From contig JBHGNT010000288.1 in assembly GCA_043228905.1 (NCBI GenBank), positions 1 to 39,252 on the forward strand: a DNA stretch of 39,252 nucleotides, in the 5' to 3' direction. This DNA comes from Azolla caroliniana (taxonomy: Eukaryota; Plantae; Polypodiophyta). A program made the translations under genes and the position numbers. Below, in pieces: positions 22,635-34,571 of this stretch. Within the stretch, counting starts at the first letter, position 1. Each line of letters begins with the position of its first letter. Under the pieces are notes generated by a model. The model searched no databases. It was not told the origin of the DNA and saw nothing but the letters and a program-made list of their open reading frames with translations.

Positions 22635-24251
22635 TGTTGGGAAATAGGTCCCTCTAGATGGGAAGAGCACCAGCCAGATCGAACTGGTCCGGAGGAGAGA
22701 ACCGGATGAAGACCAACAAGGGACAAATCAGATGGATCCGGAAGGTATCTAGCCAGATCCAAAGATGAATCCGGAGAAGGATATACCTGTAAATATGTTC
22801 TATTATGCCTAGTGGGGCTACATTTGTAAATAGCCCTAAAGCTATATTAGTATAAGTATAACTAGGGCAAATTTTAGTGTATACATATAGTTATAATTGT
22901 AAGTGAGTGAGAGTAGTTTTTCTATAGTAATCGTCGTCTGACGAGGAAGAGCTCAAGGTTAGTGCTTGTTGTATTCCTCTCGTATCATAGTGACTTACTT
23001 TGGACTTTATGGGCTCCAACGGTTTTCCCCACTTAGGGTTTCCATGTTAACATCCTGCGCCGTTTTGTCTCTGAGTGAGTGTGTGCAATATTATGATTTT
23101 CTATCTTATGCTTGAATCTCGGTTGTGGCCGAGACACATTTACATCAAACTAGTATTAGAGCAAAGGTTCATTACCTTCAAGTGAAAGAAAATGGAAGAC
23201 TCATTTGGCGGAATGTTCAAGCTAACCGGCTCCAACTACTTAGTGTGGAAGTCGAAGATGAGATACATGTTGGTATGCAGAGATCTCTAGTTGTGAGTGC
23301 AATTCGGAAATAAAAGGTCTGACAAGATTGATGCATCGAGTTGGGAAGTTTTGTATCTGAAGGCAGTGACATACATAAGGTGTTTTATAGACATAAGTCT
23401 ATACAACAATTTTAACGAGGAGATAAACGTGGATGTCCTCTAGAAGAAGATCGATGCAATGTTTGAGAACAAGAACGTCGTAAACAAGGTCTTAGTCTTT
23501 AGGAAGATTGTTAGTCTCTGGTATCAAGATGACTCCAACGTGGCAGAGCATTTGAACACCTTCCAAGGACTGATCAACCAAACCACCTAGCATTGTTGTT
23601 GCTGGGATCCCTTCCGAACAACTAGGAGATGCTCATTGTCATATTGGGCAACGCCAAACTAGAAGGGAAACACTTGTCCATAAGCAGCCCAAAGGCCTTG
23701 GTCACAGAAATTGACATGAATAAGGGAAGAGGCCAGCAAAGAAGTCCACAAAACAGGGACCGGTTTAGACCGATGTCAAAATTGAAGGGAAGACCCATGT
23801 GCTTCTATTGTGGGAAGTCGGCGCACTTCTAGAAGAACTATCGGCACTACGAGAAAGGCAAAGGGGGAGCTAATGGTGTCAAGCCGAAGAGAATTCCGGA
23901 CAACAAGAACACCTCAACAATTGCTGCGAGCAAGGAAGAGTTGTTGTTCATTATTGAATAGAACGAAGTTAATCATGCTAGCGAAGAATCGTCATGGATG
24001 GTCGATTTCAGTGCATCGTTTCACCTAACCCCCAACAGAGGATGCTTCTCATCATACACGACCAGTGATCACGGATATGTGAAGATGGGAAATGATAGTG
24101 CATGCAAAATAGTCGGAATTGGAGAAGTGCATTTGCTGACATCAATAGGTTGCAGAATGGTGATGAAGGATGTGCGCAATGTTCCAAACATCATATTGCA
24201 TTTGATATCTCAACCAGACGGCTCGATGAGGAAGGTTACAATGGTACCTTC
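22635..24251 (+). mobile_element. Degenerate Tnt1/Tork-like Copia 5' half (element C): LTR 22635..23147, PBS 23151..23162, gag-PR from 23192
   Basis: LTR starts TGTTGGGA like elements A and B; decayed PBS TAGTATTAGAGC; MEDSFGGMFKLTGSNY, CFYCGKSAH, VDFSASFHLTP, RLDEEGY. Confidence 0.87.
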
Positions 24252-25006
24252 TATAGGAAGGTCGTCCGGATATCTTTCCCAAATCGGTTACCGGTCATGT
24301 ATCCAGTCCGAATCGGTTCCTGGATGCAGGACAATGAATGCACGGGTTCAGATACGTGTGTTGTTCTGGACCAGTCATTGGATAACAAGCAACAAGCACA
24401 TGGGCTCAGGACTCGGGTAAACACGAGCAACTGACGGAGACAGAACGGAGATGCGTACTCAAAACAAAGCGAACAATCAGATACAATGAACACAAAATAG
24501 ATTAAACAAGGGAGGAATACAACCGGACTCGGTCAGTATCAGAGTTATGTGTTCTCGAAACACGCACATGCACAGAAACATAGAATGATGAACCTTTGGT
24601 CGGGAGCTCACGGGCATCCTGCATGAGCAGAGGCTTCACCTTCTTCCTCAAATCATTACAGAGCACGAGACAGAGAGAGGGAGAGAGCTCATCACTCAAA
24701 CCGACTGCACTTCATCCTCCCAAATTGTGGATTTCTAAAACAGTCTCAAACCTACCCTTTTATAGAACAAGGGGAGGCCCTTACATCACCAATAAAGATA
24801 ACCACTTTCTGTCTTCCCCGATTCTCTCCTCCCCTCAATCACCTTTATTGCTCTACTTGTGTGACCATAAAATTACCTGTCAATCACACCTACCTAGTAT
24901 TTATCAATACTTAACTAATACTATACTATTTACACACATTTGTGCGCACCCTCGTTCACGCGTATCCGGCTCCATTCTCTTCCTATGGCCGGAATTCTTC
25001 ACGACA
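24252..25006 (-). repeat. Possible solo LTR of an unrelated element truncating element C
   Basis: Abrupt end of C coding sequence, minus-strand TATA (CTATAAAAGGG) near 24755, GA-rich tract, ends ACGACA. No TSD found and the left end reads TA, not TG. Confidence 0.4.
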
Positions 25007-25235
25007 GCGTGAACCGTTACCCTTCATAAATATATTTGGTTGTTACGTCCTCTTAACTACGCTTCAGCCCCACCCTTCTTCTTCATTTGCCGTAATCATC
25101 CCCTTTATTTTTTCTCCTCTTCAGCCTTTCTCACTTGACCGTCCGAGGCGGCCAACAAGGTTATTTGTTGTGAGGATGGGTTTTAAGCCCTCTCTCATTC
25201 CATTCCAACAATGGACTGCCAAAGCCATTATTTGT

Positions 25236-25846
25236 TGTTGGGAATCAACGCTTCGATTCACCTTCACCACTCGGCCACAACCAAGGAAACACACGAATCG
25301 TTGTTGCAGAAAATGGGAAATGCAAAAAAATAGAGAGGACACACGATTTATCGTGGAAAACCCTAGACGGGAAAAACCACGGGAGTACAAAACTCCAAAC
25401 CAACACTATACAGAGAAGTATACAATGGCGAGCTGCAAGGCGACGACCTTGAGCTCGCTGTCCTCGCCACAGGAGGCGGAAATACAAAGAGGCGTCGTCC
25501 TCTTCCTCTCTCACGCTCTATCTCTCTCTCTCTCTCTCTCACGGCTGCTCCCTCTTCACTCCTCTTGAGTGGAAAAACAGAAAAATGATGAGCAACTACA
25601 AAACTGTTTGCCCTAAGTCATATTTATACATATATGACTTTGGGGCTATTTACAACTATAGCCTCAGGGGCCCATAGCGAACATATTCACGGATATGTCC
25701 CTGCATCCGGATTGTTCTCCGGGTACGTTCGTCATCCGGCACCGAAGCCGGGGTCTTCAACATCCGGATCCGAAACCGAAACCGGGCTCGTCGGCATTCA
25801 TCTCCGACATCCGACCATCCCATCCGAAGGGATCGTAATCCCAACA
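25236..25846 (-). repeat. 3' LTR of element A
   Basis: Matches 29961..30571 except 25391 A versus 30116 G; preceded on the minus strand by PPT GTGAAGGGGGAGTT (25847..25860). Confidence 0.97.
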
Positions 25847-25856
25847 AACTCCCCCT

Positions 25857-28800
25857 TCACTTCGGCATGGGATGTCTTTCCAATCCGATCCTCTTCCGGC
25901 ATGCTTCCAGCTTGTCGGGTGTGAGGACCTTGGTCAGCATATCCGACCCGTTCTCGTCCGTGTGGATCTTTGTCAGCACGAACTCCTTGTCTTCTATCCT
26001 TTCCCGGATCCAGTGATATCTTCGCTGGATGTGCTTCGTCCGGGAGTGATAGGCCGCGTTCTTCGCAAGGTGGATTGCACTCTGACTGTCGCAGTAGAGT
26101 CGGTACTCCTCCTGCCGGATACCGAGCTCTCTAATGAAGTCCTTCATCCATATTATTTCCTTGCCGGCTTCAACAGCCGCCATGTACTCCGCCTCCGTAG
26201 TTGACAACGCAACCGTCTTCTGCAGCCTCGACTGCCATGAAACAGCTCCCCCTGCATACGTCATCACATACCCTGATGTGGACCGGCTGGTATCTGCATC
26301 AGCCGACATATCCGAATCGGTGAAGCCGTCGAGTTCGAGCTTACCGGAGCCGAATCGGAGGCACACGTTTGCCGTGCCCTTCAGGTATCGGAGTATCCAC
26401 TTGACCGCGTTCCAATGCTCTTTGCCGGGATTGCTCATGTACCGGCTCACCACTCCGACTGCATATCCGATGTCCGGTCTCGTACACACCATGGCGTACA
26501 TCAAGCTCCCGACGGCTGAGGCATACGGCACTTTCATCATATCCTCCTTTTCAGCCTTTGTCTTGGGACTTTGCTTGTTGGACAGCTTGCAGTTTGCCGG
26601 GAGGGTCGATCCGACCGGTCTTGCTTCCGACATGTTGAACCGGTGAAGCACCTTTGTCACGTACTTCTCCTGTGACAGCCACAACTGCTTCCTCTTCCGG
26701 TCCCGAATGATGTGCATCCCCAGTATTTGCCTCGCCGGACCCAGGTCCTTCATTGAGAAGGTTCGGTGAAGAGCCTTCTTCAGCATCCGTATCTTGACCT
26801 GGTCCCGTCCGACGATCAACATGTCGTCCACGTACAGGAGGAGTATTAGGAAGTCTCCTCCTTCGAACTTCTTCACAAACACGCAGTGGTCGGACTGCGT
26901 TTTGAGGTACCCTTCGTCGGTCATGAAGGAGTCGAACTTCCGGTACCATTGCCGGGGAGCCTGCTTCAGTCCGTAAAGGCTCTTCTTCAACCGGCATACC
27001 AGGTGCTCCTTCCCTTTCTTCTCGAATCCTTCTGGTTGCTGCAGGTAGATCTCTTCTTCGAGGTCGCCGTGAAGGAATGCCGTCTTCACGTCCATCTGTT
27101 CTACCTCGAGGTCCATGCTTGCCGCTATGCTCAGCACCGTCCGGATGGAGGTCATCTTCACTACCGGGGCAAATATCTCGTCGAAGTCGACGCCCTTCTT
27201 CTGCTGAAACCCCTTCACCACGATCCTGGCTTTGTATCTCGGGGGGTTTCCGGCATCTCCCGGTTTCAGCTTGAACACCCACTTGTTTCGAACTGCCCGC
27301 TTTCCTTTCGGCAACTCCACAAGTTCATATGTGTGGTTCTCATGCAGGGAATCCATCTCGTCCTGCATGGCACTCAACCACCTGCGGCTCTGGGTGTCAT
27401 GCTTTGCTTCTTCAAAGCTCTCCGGCTCCCCCTCGTCGGTTAGCAGCACGTGCTCTGGTTCCGGAAATCTCCGGGGGGCCCTTCTCTCTCTTAGAGGATA
27501 TCTCCGTTCCGGAGCTTCGGTAACCGGTTCTTCCGATTCTTCTTCATCCGAATCCATTTCGGGATCGGGGCCGGTTCCGGTATCATTTTCATCTTCTTCG
27601 GCCGGTTCTCTTTCTTCATCGTCTTCGGCCAGATCCTCGAGTGCTAACCGGTCCCTTGCCGGTCGGGACTGCTCCTCGTAGAGTTGATCCTCACCAGTCG
27701 ACTTGGAGCTCTTCATCTTCTTCTCCGACTCCTAGTCGGCGAGTGTCTTGTCCTCCATGAAGATGATGTCTCGACTCCTGAATATCTTCTTGTCGACCGG
27801 GTCCCATACTCGGTAGCCGAACTCGTCGTCGCCGTAACCGAGGAATATGCATGGCCGGGTCTTTGGATCTAGCTTTCCTCTCCGGTCCTTTGCCACATGC
27901 ACGTATGCGAGACACCCGAACACCTTCAGATGCCGGTAGGATACTGCCCTACCGGTCCACACTCTCTGCGGCGTGTCTCCGTCCAAAGGTACTGAGGGTG
28001 ATCTGTTTATCACGTATGTCGCCGTCGACATCGCCTCAGCCCAAAACCCCTTGGGTAATTCCGCATGCGCCAGCATACTCCGGACCCTCTCCATTATGGT
28101 CCGGTTCATCCTCTCGGCCAGCCCGTTCAGTTCCGGCGTCTTCGGCACAGTAAACTCGAGTCGGATTCCCTTTGAGCGACAGTACTCCTGGAACTGCCCC
28201 CGGTATTCCCCTCCGTTATCCGCTCGTATCGCTTTCAGCTTCTTGCCGGATTCCCTTTCCACTCTCGCGTGGAGTTCTTTGAAGACGCACAACACTTGGT
28301 CCTTTGTCTTCATCGGTGCCGTCCACAGTTTTCGGCTATGATCATCGATGAATGTTACGAAGTACTGGGCTCCGCCATGTGACTTCGTTTCTACCTGACA
28401 CACGTCAGTGTGCACCAACTCCAATGGTGCGCTACGTCTCGTCGGTGGCCTTGAATGGAAGGAGGTTCGGTTCTGCTTACCGGCCAGGCAATCGGTGCAC
28501 TTCTCCAGGTGCACATGCTTCACTGGGATAAGGTTGTCTTCTGCAAGCCTCTTCATCCCCTTCTCACTCATGTGGCACAGTCTTTTGTGCCACAGCTCAC
28601 CGGCAGTGTCGGCTGCCACATTCAGCTCTTCCGGACATAACCGGGCATTCATCAGGTACAGTGTGTTGTCTTTCCGGGCCCGAGCCACTATCAGGCTCCC
28701 CTTGCTGAACTTCATTACGCCGTTCCGGATGCTACCTGCGTAGCCTTCATCGTCTAGCCTCCCGACCGAAATCAGGTTCAATCGAACCTCCGGAACGTGT

Positions 28801-29930
28801 CGGACATCCTTCAGCAGCATTTTGCATTCGGTCGGGGTTGTCTACCACACGTCTCCTATGCCGGCAATCCGGCACGTACCTTCATTTCCCATCCGAACAC
28901 AGCCATGCTCACCGGCTGTGTAGGATGAGAAGTATCTTCTCTCCGGGGTCAGGTGGAACGATGCTCCGGAATCGACCACCCAGGTCGTCTCATCGCCGGC
29001 AATGTTTAGTTCACCTTCTTCGGTGATGAGCATGATTTCTTCCTCACTTGCCGCGAGTGTCGTTGTTCCTTTCCGGTCCTGCCCTCGCCGATCCGAACCT
29101 CTCCGGTCCGTGGCTCCCTGGTATGCACCGTTTCTCTCCGGTGACTTCTTCGAATCGGTGTCGTCGGCTCCGTTGTCTTTTCGGTAATGCCGACAATTCT
29201 TTCGGAAGTGCCCCGGCTTCCCACAGTGGAAGCATGTGGGCCTTCCTCTTGACTGCGACCGGGTCCCCGACTTCTCCCATCTTTGCGGACTCCGGTTCCA
29301 TTGTCTTCCCCGATCCGATTCGGTAAGCAGCGCCTTCGAGTCGGAGGCCGGTTCTTTGTCTCTCCGACGCGCTTCTTCGTTCAAGATACTTGTCTTTACC
29401 GTTTGTAAGGACAAGTTATCTTCGGTGCAGGAGGTGCTGAGAGTCACCACCAAGTTCTCCCAGCTTTCCGGCAATGTACACATCAGGATGATGGCTTGCA
29501 TTGCATCCTCCAACGGGAACTTGATCGCCGCAAGCTGATTCACGAATCCCATGAACGTGCTTACGTGTTCCACCATACTCTCGCCATCCCGGTACTTGAG
29601 ATTCACTATCTTCCTCATCAGGGAGGTCCGGTTCAATGCATTCTTCCTCTCATAGAGGCCCGACAGCTTCCGCCACATCTCATATGCATTGGTGTCGTTC
29701 GCCACATGTTGTAGAACGCTCACGTCTACGTATTGCCGAATGGTTGCAACGGCTTTCCGGTTCAGAAGCCTCCATTCCGACTCAAGTACCCCTTTCGGTA
29801 TTTCCGACCTGTCAATCGGTTCATACAGGTCCCGAACAATCAGAAGATCCTCCATCTTGATCTTCCAGTCGGCGTAGTTCTGCGCATTCAGCACCATCAT
29901 CCCCGGCTGCCCGCTGTTGCCGCCTTCCAT
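25857..29930 (-). pseudogene. Copia gag-pol of element A: one reading frame with two in-frame TAG codons (28842..28844, 27732..27734)
   Basis: ORFs 28842..29930, 27732..28820 and 25857..27716 share a frame. CFHCGKPGHFRKNC, VVDSGASFH, LWHKRLCH, RADNGGEY, YVDD, ALSTTEAEY. Confidence 0.95.
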
Positions 29931-29945
29931 TTTCTGCAGCAGCCC

Positions 29946-29957
29946 GCTCTGATACCA
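29946..29957 (-). promoter_or_regulatory. Primer-binding site (tRNA-iMet) of element A
   Basis: GCTCTGATACCA on + equals TGGTATCAGAGC on -, 3 nt from the 5' LTR. Confidence 0.96.
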
Positions 29958-29960
29958 GTT

Positions 29961-30571
29961 TGTTGGGAATCAACGCTTCGATTCACCTTCACCACTCGGC
30001 CACAACCAAGGAAACACACGAATCGTTGTTGCAGAAAATGGGAAATGCAAAAAAATAGAGAGGACACACGATTTATCGTGGAAAACCCTAGACGGGAAAA
30101 ACCACGGGAGTACAAGACTCCAAACCAACACTATACAGAGAAGTATACAATGGCGAGCTGCAAGGCGACGACCTTGAGCTCGCTGTCCTCGCCACAGGAG
30201 GCGGAAATACAAAGAGGCGTCGTCCTCTTCCTCTCTCACGCTCTATCTCTCTCTCTCTCTCTCTCACGGCTGCTCCCTCTTCACTCCTCTTGAGTGGAAA
30301 AACAGAAAAATGATGAGCAACTACAAAACTGTTTGCCCTAAGTCATATTTATACATATATGACTTTGGGGCTATTTACAACTATAGCCTCAGGGGCCCAT
30401 AGCGAACATATTCACGGATATGTCCCTGCATCCGGATTGTTCTCCGGGTACGTTCGTCATCCGGCACCGAAGCCGGGGTCTTCAACATCCGGATCCGAAA
30501 CCGAAACCGGGCTCGTCGGCATTCATCTCCGACATCCGACCATCCCATCCGAAGGGATCGTAATCCCAACA
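29961..30571 (-). repeat. 5' LTR of element A
   Basis: Near-identical to 25236..25846; followed by TSD TTTGT at 30572..30576. Confidence 0.97.
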
Positions 30572-31144
30572 TTTGTAGCTCCATAAGAAATTATTCATAA
30601 TTAGTTTGATGAATCGAGATAAAAAGTTTCAATTTTGTTTCAATAAAATTACTTGGTATCAAATATCTTCACCTCCCCCTCAAATATTTTTCAAACACAA
30701 ACTCATGTTCCAAATTCAAGCTCATGCATCATAGTTCCCGGCTAGCAATGAGAAAGATTTTGGACTTAGTATTGTATGTGGTTTATGGATTTGACTTTTT
30801 GGTCGTAATGTCACTAGGCACGATATAATGATTCTAAAGATGATCCGATTTTATTGTAATTAGCATGCCATGTGACATGTAGAAATGTTCAAACATTCCA
30901 AGTATTGCACTTCAACATCTCCAATTTCTTGTCCCCTTAGATATTCCCTCGATGAAAGGGAGTAGGGAGAAATGATACACTGGAATCTGTGCATGAAATA
31001 ATGAGGAGAAATGGAGTTAGATTGAGGATCGATCACATGTCATTCAAGATTCCCCTTGGTAAGTTCTATGTTTGAGCTCGAGTTAGAAAGAGAGCAATGG
31101 GTATGGGAGACATCCTCTTGGGGAGCTCAATGTTTGCGTTTGCG

Positions 31145-31254
<110 letters not shown>

Positions 31255-31555
31255 ATTCTTACAAGTGGCTATTAATATTTGATTAAGGATGATGGTAGAT
31301 TTTGAAACATAATTGACATTTTAAATTGCCACTTGCAACAAAGGTCTTCAATAGGAAAGTATTGATTGGGGTTTGCCTTGGAGATTAGCTTTAAAATTAC
31401 ACTCAACTCTCCGTACATCTCGTACGGTAACAATTCTAAAACACATTCTTTTGGTATAGTTGTCATGTGGTGAGATTTTTATAATCTCTTAAGACAAGGT
31501 ATTGAAGTAATAGAAAGTGAAGAAGCACACAAAAGGACAAAAGGCATGAAAGGCA

Positions 31556-32104
31556 TGTTGATGATATCATTCAAGTGCCAAATCAATAGGTTTAGGCTCG
31601 CCGCTCTCCTGAAGGCAACACCTTCGATTCCTAACCGGAATCGGACCAAAGGACTGTGGTACGTGGTGGTCAGATCACTTTTACGAAACGGGATGACACC
31701 CTACAAATTATGTAAGAGGAACCCTCGGCTATGCATACACGATAAGGAGAGATAGGTTACTTAACAATTATTAAAAGCAAACAATGACAAAATCATAGTC
31801 CCAACACTGTTTAAATTACGAAGTGAGTAGTGATTACAGTTAGACAGCTATCTGCCGGAATGTATCAGATACACTATAGTAGGACTAGTTACGTAGTAAC
31901 CTCCGACTTCTCTCCTATACCTTCTCCTATCCCTTTTTCCTTCGATCTGTTGCTCCTTATATAGATGTTCCTTGGTGCGCTCCTTCTCCTTCCACGTTTA
32001 CGGCTGTGTCTATTTTGGCAGCTTCTGATTGATTTCGATTATTTACCTACTGCTACCTAATACCTATTATGTTTCACATATGTTACTATTTTGGCCCACT
32101 GACA
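31556..32104. repeat. Putative LTR (~549 bp, TGTTGA...TGACA) of a Gypsy-type element
   Basis: TG..CA ends, minus-strand CTATATAAGG at about 31955..31964, adjacent PBS-like TTGCACACCCGTGGGAC (32110..32126), and a segment shared with the neighbouring ORF. No partner LTR in the window, so the boundaries are inferred. Confidence 0.55.
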
Positions 32105-32221
32105 ATACCTTGCACACCCGTGGGACAATGCCTTGGCACGTCAAACCCAACAAATCGAAATTTCCCATTCGTAAAAAACTTTGTTGAAATTAATTCAGTA
32201 TATATTACAGTTAATCCTTGG

Positions 32222-33649
32222 TCAAAATGTGGAGGACTCCCTCCGTTTGGTTTGGTTCGGTTGTTTCGTGTTTTGGAATGGTCGCAGGGTCGGGTCGTGG
32301 TGCGTTGATGTTTTTGGCCGAATTGTCTGTTGCAAGCTCCTTTTTGTCATTGCTTGGGGATCTCAGGGAGGTTGGGGTGTGGCTGTCCGGCTTTATCGGT
32401 CGGTCGTTGATTGCGGGGCGTTATCGTTCAAGGCTTGCTCCGTTTCGATCGTCAGCGGCATTTGGTCGTCGTTGAACTCCTCAAGGAGGGTGTCGATGGC
32501 TTTGGTGTGGGCATCGGCTAGGGCATGAAAATCCTCGATGAGGTCTTCTCGGATCATTTGTATGTTGTTGTCGTCCATCTTGTAGAAGCCTTTTCCTTCT
32601 TTCCTTCGGTGTTCAGCCTCCGCCCATAGGACTTGCAATTCGGCTACTTGAGACGACCATTGCTTCCAACCTGCAGCTAGTGTTTCATCGACCTTTTTGT
32701 TTAATATTTGCCACTACTTCATGACTAACGCATTGATGCGTTCCTCCCATGTGTCGTACATTGTTTGAACAGCCAGCGTCTCGTGCTTGGCTTTTTCTAT
32801 GTCGAGCCGTAATTTCGTCGTAAGAAGTTCGTAGGATGTATTGACTGACTTGACCCTTGCCGCTACTTCCTCCGTTACTTTGTTGATTCATTGACTAAAC
32901 TGTGTGCGGGCCTCCTCCAATTCTTTTATGTGCTTCTCTTGCATCTATTCTCGTTCGTGGATACTATCCATTTGGTGTTTGTGGAGCTCGTCAAATAACC
33001 GGATGCGCTAGTTTTCGGCGTCTTCGTATTTTTGCAAAGATTGACTCGTGCATACCTGCATTTCCCTGAGTTCTTTGTTCAGTGAGGCGATTTGTGCGGT
33101 TGCAATGTCCTATATGGACGTAATAGAGTTGGTCGTTTTTACTTCTGTCTCCTTGACCTTAGCCGTCTGTTCTTGTAGCGCCTTCGTCAGTTCGGATTCC
33201 TTGTGCATGGCTTGCTCCTTGCTTTTGATGGCCTCCGCTTGTGCGTGCTCGTAGCGTTCTTTCACTTTTTCTACAATGACTTTGTGCACAACGATCTCTT
33301 ATTCGTACTGGCGAATAGTTTCGCCAATATCTTCGTTGCTTTGCATGGCCGTTGTCACTAGAGCGGTAGGGCAAAGTGGTCTGGTATGATCGGCCATGTC
33401 GGTTCGTTCGCATGCATCGGGATGGTTCATTTGTGTCGTTGTGCTGGTCTGTTCGGGCTGATGTGGTAAGTCTGCATTGGTTGATTGGTCATTGGAGATA
33501 GAAGGGGGAGGCGGTAGAAGGAGCGGTGGTGGCTGATCCTGTGTTCGAAGCTGCTGCTCTAATTCGGATGTTCCTTAGCACACTCCTTCTCCTTCCATGT
33601 TTACGGTTGTGTTTATTTTGGCTGCTTCTGATTGCTTTTGGTTGTTTAC
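32222..33649 (-). pseudogene. Decayed ~476-codon coiled-coil ORF of unknown function (probable extra ORF of an LTR retrotransposon), 5' end cut by element B
   Basis: One frame (that of ORF 32393..32638) translates continuously with 9 stops, each explicable as C>T at CAA/CAG/CGA. Pro-rich start, then E/K/Q-rich heptad-like segments such as EKVKERYEHAQAEAIKSKEQAMHKESELTKALQEQ. Confidence 0.72.
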
Positions 33650-34542
33650 TGTTGGGAGACAGATCCCTCCGGATGGGAAGGGAGAAGAACAGTGTCGAAA
33701 CCGGATGATGAGTACCCGGCTACGGAGAGTCGGATGGTACAGACCCGGTGAAGACCGGATGACGAGTATCCGGCTACGGAGAGCCGGATGGTACAGACCC
33801 GGTGAAGACCGGATGACGAGTATCCGGCTACGGAGAGCCGGATGGTACAGACCCGGTGAAGACCGGATGACGAGTACCCGGCTACGAAGAGCCGGATGGT
33901 ACAGACCCGGTGAAGACCGGATGACAAGTACCCGGCTACGGAGAGCCGAATGGTACAGACCCGGTGAAGACCGGATGAGGAGTACCCGACTGCGGAGAGC
34001 CGGATGGTACAGACCCGGTGAAAACCGGATGAGGAGTACCCGGCTACGGAGAGCCGGATGGTGCAGACCCGGTGAGAAGTGCTCACCGGATAAAGAGACA
34101 TATTCGTAAATATGTTTCTAAGAGTCCATCATGGCTATATTTGTAAATAGCCGAAAAATCATATTAGTATAAATATGACTTAGGGCAAACTTTTAGTTAT
34201 TGTTGTCATTCTTGTTGGTGCAATGATAGAGAGAGCACGTAACTGTGTACAGAGAGTGAGAGAGAGAAAGAGGTCGTTGCCTCTGTTGTAACCGCCGCCT
34301 GTGGCGAAGATCATGAGCACGAGGTCGTTGCCTCCGTGAACTCACTGTTGTACATTCTAACATAGTGATAGTTTGTAGCCTGTGGGTTGCCGTGGTTTTT
34401 CCCTTAGTTTGGGTTTTCCACGTAAACATCCTGCGTACTTTTCTCGTCTTCGTGTCGTGCATTCTTTCACCGTTTTTTCTGTGTATGATTCTAAGCTCGG
34501 TTATGGCCGAGCATTGCGCATAAGGAACGTGAGTTCCCGTCA
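33650..34542 (+). repeat. 5' LTR of element B (893 bp)
   Basis: TGTTGGGAGAC...CCCGTCA; homologous to 38629..39252. Confidence 0.93.
33701..34078 (+). repeat. 54-bp tandem repeat x7 in U3 of the 5' LTR
   Basis: Units CCGGATGACGAGTACCCGGCTACGGAGAGCCGGATGGTACAGACCCGGTGAAGA start at 33701, 33755, 33809, 33863, 33917, 33971 and 34025. Confidence 0.97.
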
Positions 34543-34544
34543 AG

Positions 34545-34556
34545 TGGTATCAGAGC
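34545..34556 (+). promoter_or_regulatory. Primer-binding site (tRNA-iMet) of element B
   Basis: TGGTATCAGAGC, 2 nt after the LTR end. Confidence 0.96.
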
Positions 34557-34571
34557 AAAACGACACAGAAA

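Larger units (their letters stand above)
25236..30571 (-). mobile_element. Full-length, very young Tnt1/Tork-like Copia retrotransposon (element A, 5336 bp)
   Basis: 611-bp LTRs at 25236..25846 and 29961..30571 (TG..CA), TSD TTTGT on both sides, tRNA-iMet PBS, PPT and complete gag-pol. Confidence 0.98.

Noticed and set aside
27732-28844. Programmed readthrough or RNA editing of the two TAG codons in element A
   Set aside because: B has sense codons (CTG, TGG) at these sites, one stop falls inside the protease, and no such editing is established for plant nuclear mRNA.
25872-29877. Many overlapping antisense and alternate-frame ORFs across elements A and B
   Set aside because: Shadow ORFs expected from GC-rich coding sequence; no motifs.
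33597-34109. 170-aa repeat protein ORF (RMTSTRLRRAGWYRPGED)n, its antisense ORF, and the equivalent at 38684..38980
   Set aside because: It results from a stop-free 54-bp (multiple of 3) LTR repeat and starts outside the LTR; no evidence of coding function.
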